64,000 bases of DNA from Ranitomeya imitator (lineage: Eukaryota). Below are positions 38,436 to 51,955 of this stretch, piece after piece. Below the pieces are notes generated by a model. The model did no database searches, was not told the DNA's origin, and saw only the letters and a program-made list of their open reading frames with translations. Location: assembly GCF_032444005.1 (NCBI RefSeq), contig NC_091290.1, positions 7,564,001 through 7,628,000 of the forward strand, given 5' to 3'. The position numbers were made by a program, and so were the translations under genes. Numbering within the stretch: position 1 is the first letter of the stretch; each line of letters starts with the position of its first letter.

Positions 38436-39394
38436 CGTTCCAGATCGGACATTCACCTTTGCGGCTAGTGCCAGGGGCCATGATCACATGCTGAACATGT
38501 CATATCATTTCTGGCAGCCAAGAAACAGAAATGAGTGACAGATCACAGAACGGTGGCTGCAGGGAAATCGTAGGGTAGCAACAGTTTTCAGCCATAAGCA
38601 GCTGATACAGGGGCTTTCCAAAAGGCAGGAACAATAACGAAAAAAACAATTCCTTCCAACGTCAGCTGACGTCCTCCTCCTCCTCAGTGTCCTGTGTGTG
38701 GCTGTAAGACAATTAACTGCAGCAGGAGCCTCCCCTCTCTGCCCTGTGTGTGGCTATAAGACAACTGTCTGCAGCAGGAGCCTCCCCCCTCTCTCCTGTG
38801 TGTGGTCTGCAGCATGAGCCTCCCCTCTCTACCCCGAGAGCAGTCGGACACAAACATTCTTAAAGGGGATGTAAAGGATTACAATATTCATGGCCTATTA
38901 TACTAATTTGATATTGATGACGTTTGCATAAGTCCATCACCCGGCACTCATTGATCAGCTGTGTACAGACCCCATGGCCGTGTACATAACAGGTCTACAG
39001 TCTACTGGCCGTCCTTGGTACTGCAGCTCAGCTCCTATGAAAGTGAATGCGGTCAGAGCTGCAGTACACAGAACGGCCACTATGCTGTGTACCGAGGCGA
39101 GGCGTCCCAGCTCTGTACAGTGGGCACATACGGAAGTGGGAAGAGCTGCAGACCCCCACAATCAGATACTAATGACCCACCCTCAGACCACGGCAGTGAA
39201 AAGGGTCTGTGCCCCCGATGCAGGCCGGCATTGCTGGACCCTGGGTGACTAATAATGGGGAATTATGTGATATATTAGGTAAATATCAGGATTCACAGGA
39301 TCGGGGATTTACAATACAAATGCGGGAAATGCAAAATATAAGACTAGAGCTGCAGATAAAGCCTCCGCTGTGTGTGCCCTGAGCTGCGGCCTCC

Positions 39395-42300
39395 AGTGCT
39401 GGAAAGTGTGATGTCCGCAGGCGCTGTGAAGAGCAGCTCTCACCTGTCTGTGTGCTGGAACGTGTGATGTCCACGGGCGCTGTGAAGAGCAGGGCTCACC
39501 TGTCTGTGTGCTGGAACGTGTGATGTCCGCGGGTGCTGTGAAGAGCAGCTCTCACCTGTCTGTGTGCTGGAACATGTGATGTCCGCGGGTGCTGTGAAGA
39601 GCAGGGCTCACCTGTCTGTGTGCTGGAACATGTGATGTCCGCGGGCGCTGTGAAGAGCAGCGCTCACCTGTCTGTGTGCTGGAACATGTGATGTCCGCGG
39701 ACGCTGTGAAGAGCAGCGCTCACCTGTCTGTGTGCTGGAACGTGTGATGTCCGCGGGTGCTGTGAAGAGCAGCGCTCACCTGTCTGTGTGCTGGAACATG
39801 TGATGTCCGCGGACGCTGTGAAGAGCAGCGCTCACCTGTCTGTGTGCTGGAACGTGTGATGTCCGCGGGTGCTGTGAAGAGCAGCTCTCACCTGTCTGTG
39901 TGCTGGAACGTGTGATGTCCGCGGGCGCTGTGAAGAGCAGCTCTCACCTGTCTGTGTGCTGGAACATGTGATGTCCGCGGGTGCTGTGAAGAGCAGCTCT
40001 CACCTGTCTGTGTGCTGGAATGTGTGATGTCCGCGGGTGCTGTGAAGAGCAGCTCTCACCTGTCTGTGTGCTGGAACCTGTGATGTCCGCGGGTGCTGTG
40101 AAGAGCAGCGCTCACCTGTCTGTGTGCTGGAACGTGTGATGTCCACGGGTGCTGTGAAGAGCAGCTCTCACCTGTCTGTGTGCTGGAACATGTGATGTCC
40201 GCGGGTGCTGTGAAGAGCAGCTCTCACCTGTCTGTGTGCTGGAACGTGTGATGTCCGCGGGTGCTGTGAAGAGCAGCTCTCACCTGTCTGTGTGCTGGAA
40301 CCTGTGATGTCCGCGGGTGCTGTGAAGAGCAGCTCTCACCTGTCTGTGTGCTGGAACATGTGATGTCCGCGGGTGCTGTGAAGAGCAGCTCTCACCTGTC
40401 TGTGTGCTGGAACGTGTGATGTCCGCGGGTGCTGTGAAGAGCAGCTCTCACCTGTCTGTGTGCTGGAAAGTGTGATGTCCGCGGGTGCTGTGAAGAGCAG
40501 CTCTCACCTGTCTGTGTGCTGGAACGTGTGATGTCCGCGGGTGCTGTGAAGAGCAGCTCTCACCTGTCTGTGTGCTGGAACATGTGATGTCCGCGGGTGC
40601 TGTGAAGAGCAGCTCTCACCTGTCTGTGTGCTGGAAAGTGTGATGTCCGCGGGTGCTGTGAAGAGCAGCTCTCACCTGTCTGTGTGCTGGAACATGTGAT
40701 GTCCGCGGGTGCTGTGAAGAGCAGCTCTCACCTGTCTGTGTGCTGGAACGTGTGACGTCCGCGGGTGCTGTGAAGAGCAGCTCTCACCTGTCTGTGTGCT
40801 GGAACATGTGATGTCCGCGGGTGCTGTGAAGAGCAGCGCTCACCTGTCTGTGTGCTGGAACATGTGATGTCCGCGGGTGCTGTGAAGAGCAGCGCTCACC
40901 TGTCTGTGTGCTGGAACATGTGATGTCCGCGGGTGCTGTGAAGAGCAGCGCTCACCTGTCTGTGTGCTGGAAAGTGTGATGTCCGCGGGCGCTGTGAAGA
41001 GCAACGCTCACCTGTCTGTGTGCTGGAAAGTGTGATGTCCGCGGGTGCTGTGAAGAGCAGCGCTCACCTGTCTGTGTGCTGGAACATGTGATGTCTGCGG
41101 GTGCTGTGAAGAGCAGCTCTCACCTGTCTGTGTGCTGGAAAGTGTGATGTCCGCGGGCGCTGTGAAGAGCAACGCTCACCTGTCTGTGTGCTGGAAAGTG
41201 TGATGTCCGCGGGTGCTGTGAAGAGCAGCGCTCACCTGTGTGCTGGAAAGTGTGATGTCCGCGGGCGCTGTGAAGAGCAGCGCTCACCTGTCTATGTGCT
41301 GGAACATGTGATGTCCGCGGGCGCTGTGAAGAGCAGCTCTCACCTGTCTGTGTGCTGGATCGTGTGACGTCCACGGGCGCTGTGAAGAGCAGCTCTCACC
41401 TGTCTGTGTGCTGGAACATGTGATGTCCGCGGGTGCTGTGAAGAGCAGCTCTCACCTGTCTGTGTGCTGGATCGTGTGATGTCCGCGGGCGCTGTGAAGA
41501 GCAGCTCTCACCTGTCTGTATGCTGGAACGTTTGATGTCCGCGGGCGCTGTGAAGAGCAGCTCTCACCTGTCTGTGTGCTGGATCGTGTGACGTCCACGG
41601 GCGCTGTGAAGAGCAGCTCTCACCTGTCTGTGTGCTGGAACATGTGATGTCCGCGGGTGCTGTGAAGAGCAGCTCTCACCTGTCTGTGTGCTGGAACATG
41701 TGATGTCCGCGGGTGCTGTGAAGAGCAGCTCTCACCTGTCTGTGTGCTGGAACATGTGATGTCCGCGGGTGCTGTGAAGAGCAGCTCTCACCTGTCTGTG
41801 TGCTGGAACGTGTGACGTCCGCGGGTGCTGTGAAGAGCAGCTCTCACCTGTCTGTGTGCTGGAAAGTGTGATGTCCGCGGGTGCTGTGAAGAGCAGCTCT
41901 CACCTGTCTGTGTGCTGGAACGTGTGATGTCCGCAGGTGCTGTGAAGAGCAGCTCTCACCTGTCTGTGTGCTGGAACATGTGATGTCCGCGGGTGCTGTG
42001 AAGAGCAGCTCTCACCTGTCTGTGTGCTGGAACATGTGATGTCCGCGGGTGCTGTGAAGAGCAGCTCTCACCTGTCTGTGTGCTGGAACATGTGATGTCC
42101 GCGGGTGCTGTGAAGAGCAGCTCTCACCTGTCTGTGTGCTGGAACGTGTGACGTCCGCGGGTGCTGTGAAGAGCAGCTCTCACCTGTCTGTGTGCTGGAA
42201 CATGTGATGTCCGCGGGTGCTGTGAAGAGCAGCGCTCACCTGTCTGTGTGCTGGAACATGTGATGTCCGCGGGTGCTGTGAAGAGCAGCGCTCACCTGTC

Positions 42301-42900
42301 TGTGTGCTGGAACATGTGATGTCCGCGGGTGCTGTGAAGAGCAGCGCTCACCTGTCTGTGTGCTGGAACATGTGATGTCCGCGGGTGCTGTGAAGAGCAG
42401 CGCTCACCTGTCTGTGTGCTGGAACATGTGATGTCCGCGGGTGCTGTGAAGAGCAGCGCTCACCTGTCTGTGTGCTGGAACATGTGATGTCCGCAGGTGC
42501 TGTGAAGAGCAGCTCTCACCTGTCTGTGTGCTGGAACGTGTGATGTCCGCGGGCGCTGTGAAGAGCAGCTCTCACCTGTCTGTGTGCTGGAACGTGTGAC
42601 GTCCGCGGGCGCTGTGAAGAGCAGCTCTCACCTGTCTGTGTGCTGGAACGTGTGATGTCCGCGGGTGCTGTGAAGAGCAGCTCTCACCTGTCTGTGTGCT
42701 GGAACGTGTGACGTCCGCGGGCGCTGTGAAGAGCAGCTCTCACCTGTCTGTGTGCTGGAACGTGTGATGTCCGCGGGTGCTGTGAAGAGCAGCTCTCACC
42801 TGTCTGTGTGCTGGAACGTGTGACGTCCGCGGGCGCTGTGAAGAGCAGCTCTCACCTGTCTGTGTGCTGGAACGTGTGATGTCCGCGGGTGCTGTGAAGA
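39395..42900. repeat. 56-bp minisatellite (gagcagctctcacctgtctgtgtgctggaacatgtgatgtccgcgggtgctgtgaa), about 62 units, NDUFS3 intron 3
   Basis: Visible tandem units. Confidence 0.97.
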
Positions 42901-42929
42901 GTCTGTGCACATGGAGGCCGATCACTCAC

Positions 42930-43027
42930 CTGAACCTGCTGCACGTACTTGGGAAGAATGTCCGCTACGTACTCGCCGAATGCGCTGAGCTGAGTCTGCA
43001 GAGCGGTATCTACTGGACGGACCGTGG
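42930..43027 (-). CDS. NDUFS3: NDUFS3 exon 3, (P)[32 protein letters not shown]
   Basis: ttgcag| acceptor and |gtgagt donor; 98 nt. Confidence 0.96.
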
Positions 43028-43706
43028 CTGCAACAGAAGAAAGGGAGACATGTCTAAGATTACAGAGTAGGGAGAGGCTCCTGCTGCAGCTGCATCCTTA
43101 CAGACACCGGGCCTGTAAAGAGGGAATCTGCTGATGTCCCGGACACAGGGAGGCAGATATGTCACACGGCAAAGCAAGTAATGAGGGGGCATTGTCAGGA
43201 GGATGTGTGCGGCGGCCCCTGGAAGGGAAGAGGATGGAGCAGCGGGAAATCTACAGCGTCCTGTTATATCGTCTGAACAAGTCTGTGCCCCGGTCTGACG
43301 TCAGAGCACAGTCCGATCTGGGACCTAAGTGAGTTCAGCAGCCTGGTCCGTGGACATTAGAGGGGGGGGTCCGGAGACGTCAGAGAGGGTTGAACCGCAG
43401 GGACATCACAGGCGAGAGGGGGGGGGGGGGGGAAGGACCGAGGACATCAGAGGGGGGGTCCGGCAACATCAGAAGGGGAGGTCAAGGGACATCAGAGGGG
43501 GGGTCCAGCGACATCAGAGAGGGGGGGGGGGGGTCCGGCGACATCATGGGGGGGGGTCCGGGGTGTTAATATATGTTGTGATCTAGTTAGTACTGATTTA
43601 GGAAAGTCAACAAATATTAACAAAACCTTGTTTCCTGCCAGTGCTAAGCTCGGACCAGCAGCAGACGCTTCACCTCTGCAAATAATTTACTCTAACAGTT
43701 ACGTAC

Positions 43707-43766
43707 GTTTGGTCTCTGTGGCGGAGCCCTCACATCGCACCGATGGCAAAACACGGAGAGCGGAGG
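43707..43766 (-). CDS. NDUFS3: NDUFS3 exon 2, (A)SALRVLPSVRCEGSATETK
   Basis: ctttgtcttgcag| acceptor and |gtacgt donor; 60 nt, phase 1 to phase 1; resembles the presequence cleavage region. Confidence 0.85.
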
Positions 43767-46202
43767 CTGCAAGACAAAGAGGAGCAGTCAGCTGAGGAAC
43801 GGACGGCGTCATCAGGAGGGGAGCGTCCTATACTGAGGACCCTGCTGCCTCCCGTCACACAACCCAGAACGGAGCAGCGCAGGCATCAGTCACTGGAAAT
43901 ACAACCCCCAATATCACAAAGACGTCTCACTGATCGGACCCACAATAATCAGAGAAGAAATCAATCTTCATCATCATTATTTCCATCCACATCATTTTCA
44001 GTACATCAAGAAACAAGAGCAGAACAACATGTAAGGCCCAGATCACATCACCAAAGGCACAACTCAGCCAGGGACAGTGTATATATATATATATATACCT
44101 TGTACTCATCGCAAGTTACATCCTGTATTACACCCCAGAGCTGCACTCACTATTCTGCTGGTGCAGTCACTGTGTACATACATTACATTACTGATCCTGT
44201 GTTACATCCTGTATTATACTCCAGAGCTGCACTCACTATTCTGCTGGTGCAGTCACTGTGTACATACATTACTGATCCTGACTTACATCCTGTATCATAC
44301 TCCAGAGCTGTACTCACTATTCTGCTGCTGCAGTCACTGTGTACATACATTACATTACTGATCCTGAGTTACATCCTGTATTATACCCCAGAGCTGTACT
44401 CACTATTCTGCTGGTGCAGTCACTGTGTACATACATTACTGATCCTGAGTTACCTCCTGTATTATACCCCAGAGCTGTACTCACTATTCTGCTGGTGCAG
44501 TCACTGTGTACATACATTACATTACTGATCCTGAGTTACCTCCTGTATTATACCCCAGAGCTGCACTCACTATTCTGCTGGTGCAGTCACTGTGTACATA
44601 CATTACTAATCCTGAGTTACATCCTGTATTATACTCCAGAGCTGCACTCACTATTCTGCTGGTGCAGTCACTGTGTACATACATTACTGATGCCGAGTTA
44701 CATCCTGTATTATACCCCAGAGCTGCACTCACTATTCTGCTGGTGCAGTCACTGTGTACATACATTACATTACTGATCCTGAGTTACATCCTGTATTATA
44801 CCCCAGAGCTGCACTCACTATTCTGCTGGTGCAGTCACTGTGTACATACATTACATTACTGATCCTGAGTTACATCCTTTATTATACCCCAGAGCTGCAC
44901 TCACTATTCTGCTGGTGCAGTCACTGTGTACATACATTACTAATCCTGAGTTACATCCTGTATTATACTCCAGAGCTGCACTCACTATTCTGCTGGTGCA
45001 GTCACTGTGTACATACATTACTGATGCCGAGTTACATCCTGTATTATACCCCAGAGCTGCACTCACTATTCTGCTGGTGCAGTCACTGTGTACATACATT
45101 ACATTACTGATCCTGAGTTACATCCTTAATTATACCCCAGAGCTGCACTCACTATTCTGCTGGTGCAGTCACTGTGTACATACATTACATTACTGATCCT
45201 GTGTTACATCCTGTATTATACTCCAGAGCTGCACTCACTATTCTGCTGGTGCAGTCACTGTGTACATACATTACTGATCCTGACTTACATCCTGTATCAT
45301 ACTCCAGAGCTGTACTCACTATTCTGCTGGTGCAGTCACTGTGTACATACATTACATTACTGATCCTGAGTTACATCCTTAATTATACCCCAGAGCTGCA
45401 CTCACTATTCTGCTGCTGCAGTCACTGTGTACATACATTACATTACTGATCCTGAGTTACATCCTGTATTATACCCCAGAGCTGTACTCACTATTCTGCT
45501 GGTGCAGTCACTGTGTACATACATTACTGATCCTGAGTTACCTCCTGTATTATACCCCAGAGCTGTACTCACTATTCTGCTGGTGCAGTCACTGTGTACA
45601 TACATTACTGATCCTGACTTACATCCTGTATCATACTCCAGAGCTGTACTCACTATTCTGCTGCTGCAGTCACTGTGTACATACATTACATTACTGATCC
45701 TGAGTTACATCCTGTATTATACCCCAGAGCTGTACTCACTATTCTGCTGGTGCAGTCACTGTGTACATACATTACTGATCCTGAGTTACCTCCTGTATTA
45801 TACTCCAGAGCTGCACTCACTATTCTGCTGGTGCAGTCACTGTGTACATACATTACATTACTGATCCTGAGTTACATCCTGTATTATACTCCAGAGCTGC
45901 ACTCACTATTCTGCTGGTGCAGTCACTGTGTACATACATTACTGATCCTGAGTTACCTCCTGTATTATACACCAGCGCTGCACTCACTATTCTGCTGGTG
46001 CAGTCACTGTGTACATACATTACATTACTGATCCTGAGTTACATCCTGTATTATACTCCAGAGCTGCACTCACTATTCTGCTGGTGCAGTCACTGTGTAC
46101 ATACATTACTGATCCTGAGTTACCTCCTGTATTATACCCCAGAGCTGCACTCACTATTCTGCTGGTGCAGTCACTGTGTACATACATTACATTACTGATC
46201 CT

Positions 46203-46765
46203 AGTAACATAGTAACATAGTAACATAGTTAGTAAGGCCGAAAAAAGACATTTGTCCATCCAGTTCAGCCTATATTCCATCATAATAAATACCCAGATCT
46301 ACGTCCTTCTACAGAACCTAATAATTGTATGATACAATATTGTTCTGCTCCAGGAAGACATCCAGGCCTCTCTTGAACCCCTCGACTGAGTTCGCCATCA
46401 CCACCTCCTCAGGCAAGCAATTCCAGATTCTCACTGCCCTAACAGTAAAGAATCCTCTTCTATGTTGGTGGAAAAACCTTCTCTCCTCCAGACGCAAAGA
46501 ATGCCCCCTTGTGCCCGTCACCTTCCTTGGTATAAACAGATCCTCAGCGAGATATTTGTATTGTCCCCTTATATACTTATACATGGTTATTAGATCGCCC
46601 CTCAGTCGTCTTTTTTCTAGACTAAATAATCCTAATTTCGCTAATCTATCTGGGTATTGTAGTTCTCCCATCCCCTTTATTAATTTTGTTGCCCTCCTTT
46701 GTACTCTCTCTAGTTCCATTATATCCTTCCTGAGCACCGGTGCCCAAAACTGGACACAGTACTCC
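46203..46765 (-). mobile_element. 5'-truncated CR1 LINE (ORF2 C-terminus, 3'UTR and (CTATGTTA)n tail), copy 1
   Basis: EYCVQFWAP...ELERVQRRATK...LGLFSLEKRRLRGDLI...TRGH...FFTVRAV..WN.LP is the CR1 ORF2 C-terminus; apparent 5-bp TSD atcct. Confidence 0.92.
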
Positions 46766-48278
46766 ATCCTGAGTTACATCCTGTATTATACTCCAGAGCT
46801 GCACTCACTATTCTGCTGGTGCAGTCACTGTGTACATACATTACATTACTGATCCTGAGTTACATCCTGTATTATACCCCAGAGCTGCACTCACTATTCT
46901 GCTGGTGCAGTCACTGTGTACATACATTACATTACTGATCCTGAGTTACATCCTTTATTATACCCCAGAGCTGCACTCACTATTCTGCTGGTGCAGTCAC
47001 TGTGTACATACATTACTAATCCTGAGTTACATCCTGTATTATACTCCAGAGCTGCACTCACTATTCTGCTGGTGCAGTCACTGTGTACATACATTACTGA
47101 TGCCGAGTTACATCCTGTATTATACCCCAGAGCTGCACTCACTATTCTGCTGGTGCAGTCACTGTGTACATACATTACATTACTGATCCTGAGTTACATC
47201 CTTAATTATACCCCAGAGCTGCACTCACTATTCTGCTGGTGCAGTCACTGTGTACATACATTACATTACTGATCCTGTGTTACATCCTGTATTATACTCC
47301 AGAGCTGCACTCACTATTCTGCTGGTGCAGTCACTGTGTACATACATTACTGATCCTGACTTACATCCTGTATCATACTCCAGAGCTGTACTCACTATTC
47401 TGCTGGTGCAGTCACTGTGTACATACATTACATTACTGATCCTGAGTTACATCCTTAATTATACCCCAGAGCTGCACTCACTATTCTGCTGCTGCAGTCA
47501 CTGTGTACATACATTACATTACTGATCCTGAGTTACATCCTGTATTATACCCCAGAGCTGTACTCACTATTCTGCTGGTGCAGTCACTGTGTACATACAT
47601 TACTGATCCTGAGTTACCTCCTGTATTATACCCCAGAGCTGTACTCACTATTCTGCTGGTGCAGTCACTGTGTACATACATTACTGATCCTGACTTACAT
47701 CCTGTATCATACTCCAGAGCTGTACTCACTATTCTGCTGCTGCAGTCACTGTGTACATACATTACATTACTGATCCTGAGTTACATCCTGTATTATACCC
47801 CAGAGCTGTACTCACTATTCTGCTGGTGCAGTCACTGTGTACATACATTACTGATCCTGAGTTACCTCCTGTATTATACTCCAGAGCTGCACTCACTATT
47901 CTGCTGGTGCAGTCACTGTGTACATACATTACATTACTGATCCTGAGTTACATCCTGTATTATACTCCAGAGCTGCACTCACTATTCTGCTGGTGCAGTC
48001 ACTGTGTACATACATTACTGATCCTGAGTTACCTCCTGTATTATACACCAGCGCTGCACTCACTATTCTGCTGGTGCAGTCACTGTGTACATACATTACA
48101 TTACTGATCCTGAGTTACATCCTGTATTATACTCCAGAGCTGCACTCACTATTCTGCTGGTGCAGTCACTGTGTACATACATTACTGATCCTGAGTTACC
48201 TCCTGTATTATACCCCAGAGCTGCACTCACTATTCTGCTGGTGCAGTCACTGTGTACATACATTACATTACTGATCCT

Positions 48279-48841
48279 AGTAACATAGTAACATAGTAAC
48301 ATAGTTAGTAAGGCCGAAAAAAGACATTTGTCCATCCAGTTCAGCCTATATTCCATCATAATAAATACCCAGATCTACGTCCTTCTACAGAACCTAATAA
48401 TTGTATGATACAATATTGTTCTGCTCCAGGAAGACATCCAGGCCTCTCTTGAACCCCTCGACTGAGTTCGCCATCACCACCTCCTCAGGCAAGCAATTCC
48501 AGATTCTCACTGCCCTAACAGTAAAGAATCCTCTTCTATGTTGGTGGAAAAACCTTCTCTCCTCCAGACGCAAAGAATGCCCCCTTGTGCCCGTCACCTT
48601 CCTTGGTATAAACAGATCCTCAGCGAGATATTTGTATTGTCCCCTTATATACTTATACATGGTTATTAGATCGCCCCTCAGTCGTCTTTTTTCTAGACTA
48701 AATAATCCTAATTTCGCTAATCTATCTGGGTATTGTAGTTCTCCCATCCCCTTTATTAATTTTGTTGCCCTCCTTTGTACTCTCTCTAGTTCCATTATAT
48801 CCTTCCTGAGCACCGGTGCCCAAAACTGGACACAGTACTCC
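48279..48841 (-). mobile_element. 5'-truncated CR1 LINE, copy 2 (identical, +2076 bp)
   Basis: Same sequence, truncation point and junctions as copy 1. Confidence 0.92.
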
Positions 48842-51729
48842 ATCCTGAGTTACATCCTGTATTATACTCCAGAGCTGCACTCACTATTCTGCTGGTGCAG
48901 TCACTGTGTACATACATTACATTACTGATCCTGAGTTACATCCTGTATTATACCCCAGAGCTGCACTCACTATTCTGCTGGTGCTGTCACTGTGTACATA
49001 TATTACATTACTGATCCTGAGTTACATCCTGTATTATACCCCAGAGCTGCACTCACTATTCTGCTGGTGCAGTCACTGTGTACATACATTACTGATCCTG
49101 AGTTACATCCTGTATTATACTCCAGATCTGCACTCACTATTCTGCTGGTGCAGTCACTGTGTACATATATTACATTACTGATCCTGAGTTACATCCTGTA
49201 TTATACCCCAGAGCTGCACTCACTATTCTGCTGGTGCAGTCACTGTGTACATACATTACATTACTGATCCTGAGTTACCTCCTGTATTATACCCCAGAGC
49301 TGCACTCACTATTCTGCTGGTGCAGTCACTGTGTACATACATTACATTACTGATCCTGAGTTACATCCTGTATTATACCCCAGAGCTGCACTCACTATTC
49401 TGCTGGTGCAGTCACTGTGTATATACATTACATTACTGATCCTGAGTTACATCCTGTATTATACCCCAGAGCTGCACTCACTATTCTGCTGGTGCAGTCA
49501 CTGTGTACATACATTACATTACTGATCCTGAGTTACATCCTGTATTATACTCCAGAACTGCACTCACTATTCTGCTGGTGCAGTCACTGTGTACATACAT
49601 TACTGATCCTGAGTTACATCCTGTATTATACCCCAGAGCTGCACTCACTATTCTGCTGGTACAGTCACTGTGTACATACATTACATTACTGATCCTGAGT
49701 TACATCCTGTATTATACTCCAGAGCTGCACTCACTATTCTGCTGGTGCAGTCACTGTGTACATTACATTACTGATCCTGAGTTATATCCTGTATTATACT
49801 CCAGAGCTGCACTCACTATTCTGCTGGTGCAGTCACTGTGTACATACATTACATTACTGATCCTGAGTTACATCCTGTATTATACTCCAGAGCTGCACTC
49901 ACTATTCTGCTGGTGCAGTCACTGTGTACATACATTACTGATCCTGAGTTACCTCCTGTATTATACTCCAGAGCTGCACTCACTATTCTGCTGGTGCAAT
50001 CACTGTGTACATACATTACATTACTGATACTGAGTTACATCCTGTATTATACTCCAGAGCTGCACTCACTATTCTGCTGGTGCAGTCACTGTGTACATAC
50101 ATTACATTACTGATCCTGAGTTACATCCTGTATTATACCCCAGAGCTGCGCTCACTATTCTGCTGGTGCAGTCACTGTGTACATACAATACATTACTGAT
50201 CCTGAGTTACATCCTGTATTATACCCCAGAGCTGCACTCACTATTCTGCTGGTGCAGTCACTGTGTACATACATTACATTACTGATCCTGAGTTACATCC
50301 TGTATTATACCCCAGAGCTGCACTCACTATTCTGCTGGTGCAGTCACTGTGTACATACATTACATTACTGATCCTGAGTTACATCCTGTATTATACCCCA
50401 GAGCTGCACTCACTATTCTGCTGGTGCAGTCACTGTGCACATACATTACATTACTGATCCTGAGTTACATCCTGTATTATACCCCAGAGCTGCACTCACT
50501 ATTCTGCTGGTGCAGTCACTGTGTACATACATTACTGATCCTCAGTTACCTCCTGTATTATACCCCAGAGCTGTACTCACTATTCTGCTGGTGCAGTCAC
50601 TGTGTACATACATTACTTTACTGATCCTGAGTTACATCCTGTATTATACTCCAGAGCTGCACTCACTATTCTGCTGGTGCAGTCACTGTGTACATACATT
50701 ACATTACTGATCCTGAGTTACATCCTGTATTATACTCCAGAGCTGCACTCACTATTCTGCTGGTGCAGTCACTGTGTACATACATTACTTTACTGATCCT
50801 GAGTTACATCCTGTATTATACTCCAGAGCTGCACTCACTATTCTGCTGGTGCAGTCACTGTGTACATACATTACATTACTGATCCTGAGTTACATCCTGT
50901 ATTATACTCCAGAGCTGCGCTCACTATTCTGCTGGTGCAGTCACTGTGTACATACATTACATTACTGATCCTGAGTTACCTCCTGTATTATACCCCAGAG
51001 CTGCACTCACTATTCTGCTGGTGCAGTCACTGTGTACATACATTACATTACTGATCCTGAGTTACATCCTGTATTATACTCCAGAGCTGCACTCACTATT
51101 CTGCTGGTGCAGTCACTGTGTACATACATTACTGATCCTCAGTTACCTCCTGTATTATACCCCAGAGCTGCTCTCACTATTCTGCTGGTGCAGTCACTGT
51201 GTACATACATTACTTTACTGATCCTGAGTTACATCCTGTATTATACTCCAGAGCTGCACTCACTATTCTGCTGGTGCAGTCACTGTGTACATACATTACT
51301 GATCCTGAGTTACCTCCTGTATTATACTCCAGAGCTGCACTCACTATTCTGCTGGTGCAGTCACTGTGTACATACATTACATTACTGATCCCGAGTTACC
51401 TCCTGTATTATACCCCAGAGCTGCACTCACTATTCTGCTGGTGCAGTCACTGTGTACATATATTACATTACTGATCCTGAGTTACCTCCTGTATTATACT
51501 CCAGAGCTGCACTCACTATTCTGCTGGTGCAGTCACTGTGTACATATATTACATTACTGATCCTGAGTTACCTCCTGTATTATACCCCAGAGCTGCACTC
51601 ACTATTCTGCTGGTGCAGTCACTGTGTACATACATTACGTTAGTGATTCTGACTTTCCAGTGAGCCGCCAGTGCTGAGACTTGTAGTACTACGCCGCCTC
51701 ACAATATGGCGGTGTGCTCCTGTCCTCAC

Positions 51730-51775
51730 CTCCCCGGAGCAGACCCCGCTGCGCCGCTCGCACTGCAGTCAGCAT
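51730..51775 (-). CDS. NDUFS3: NDUFS3 exon 1, MLTAVRAAQRGLLRG (mitochondrial presequence)
   Basis: ATG in aagATGc context, Arg-rich with no acidic residues, G|gtgagg donor; joins exons 2-7 into a 254-aa open frame. Confidence 0.88.
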
Positions 51776-51880
51776 CTTTGCTCCTGACGGACAGACAAGG
51801 ACAAGCGAAATAGGGCGGAAGTCATTGCAACTTTACCGGTCCGCCCACTAAAGCGTTCCTGATAACTTCCGGTGTAGATT
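51776..51880. promoter_or_regulatory. Bidirectional NDUFS3/KBTBD4 promoter
   Basis: Only 180 bp between the NDUFS3 ATG and the KBTBD4 first donor; CpG-rich; ETS/GABP-like gcggaagt (51815) and acttccgg (51865); GC boxes. Confidence 0.75.
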
Positions 51881-51955
51881 CCAGAGCTTTGTGTTCCTGC
51901 CTCAGAACGTTCCGGTATCAGCCTGGGAGAGAAGGCGCGGATAGCTCCGGGGCCG
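51880..51955 (+). other. KBTBD4: Probable non-coding KBTBD4 exon 1 (5' boundary approximate)
   Basis: ccg|gtgagt donor at 51955/51956; no ATG; position matches the head-to-head arrangement known in other vertebrates. Confidence 0.6.

Larger units (their letters stand above)
44115..51640. repeat. 86/81-bp satellite (gatcctgagttacatcctgtattataccccagagctgcactcactattctgctggtgcagtcactgtgtacatacattacattact) filling NDUFS3 intron 1
   Basis: Visible tandem units; 86-nt offsets between successive track ORFs. Confidence 0.97.

Noticed and set aside
46325-46852. 175-aa plus-strand ORF (and its copy at 48401-48928)
   Set aside because: Antisense shadow of the CR1 ORF2 fragment.
44077-51643. Dozens of overlapping MYIHYITDPELHPVLY ORFs
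   Set aside because: Frames of the 86/81-bp satellite.
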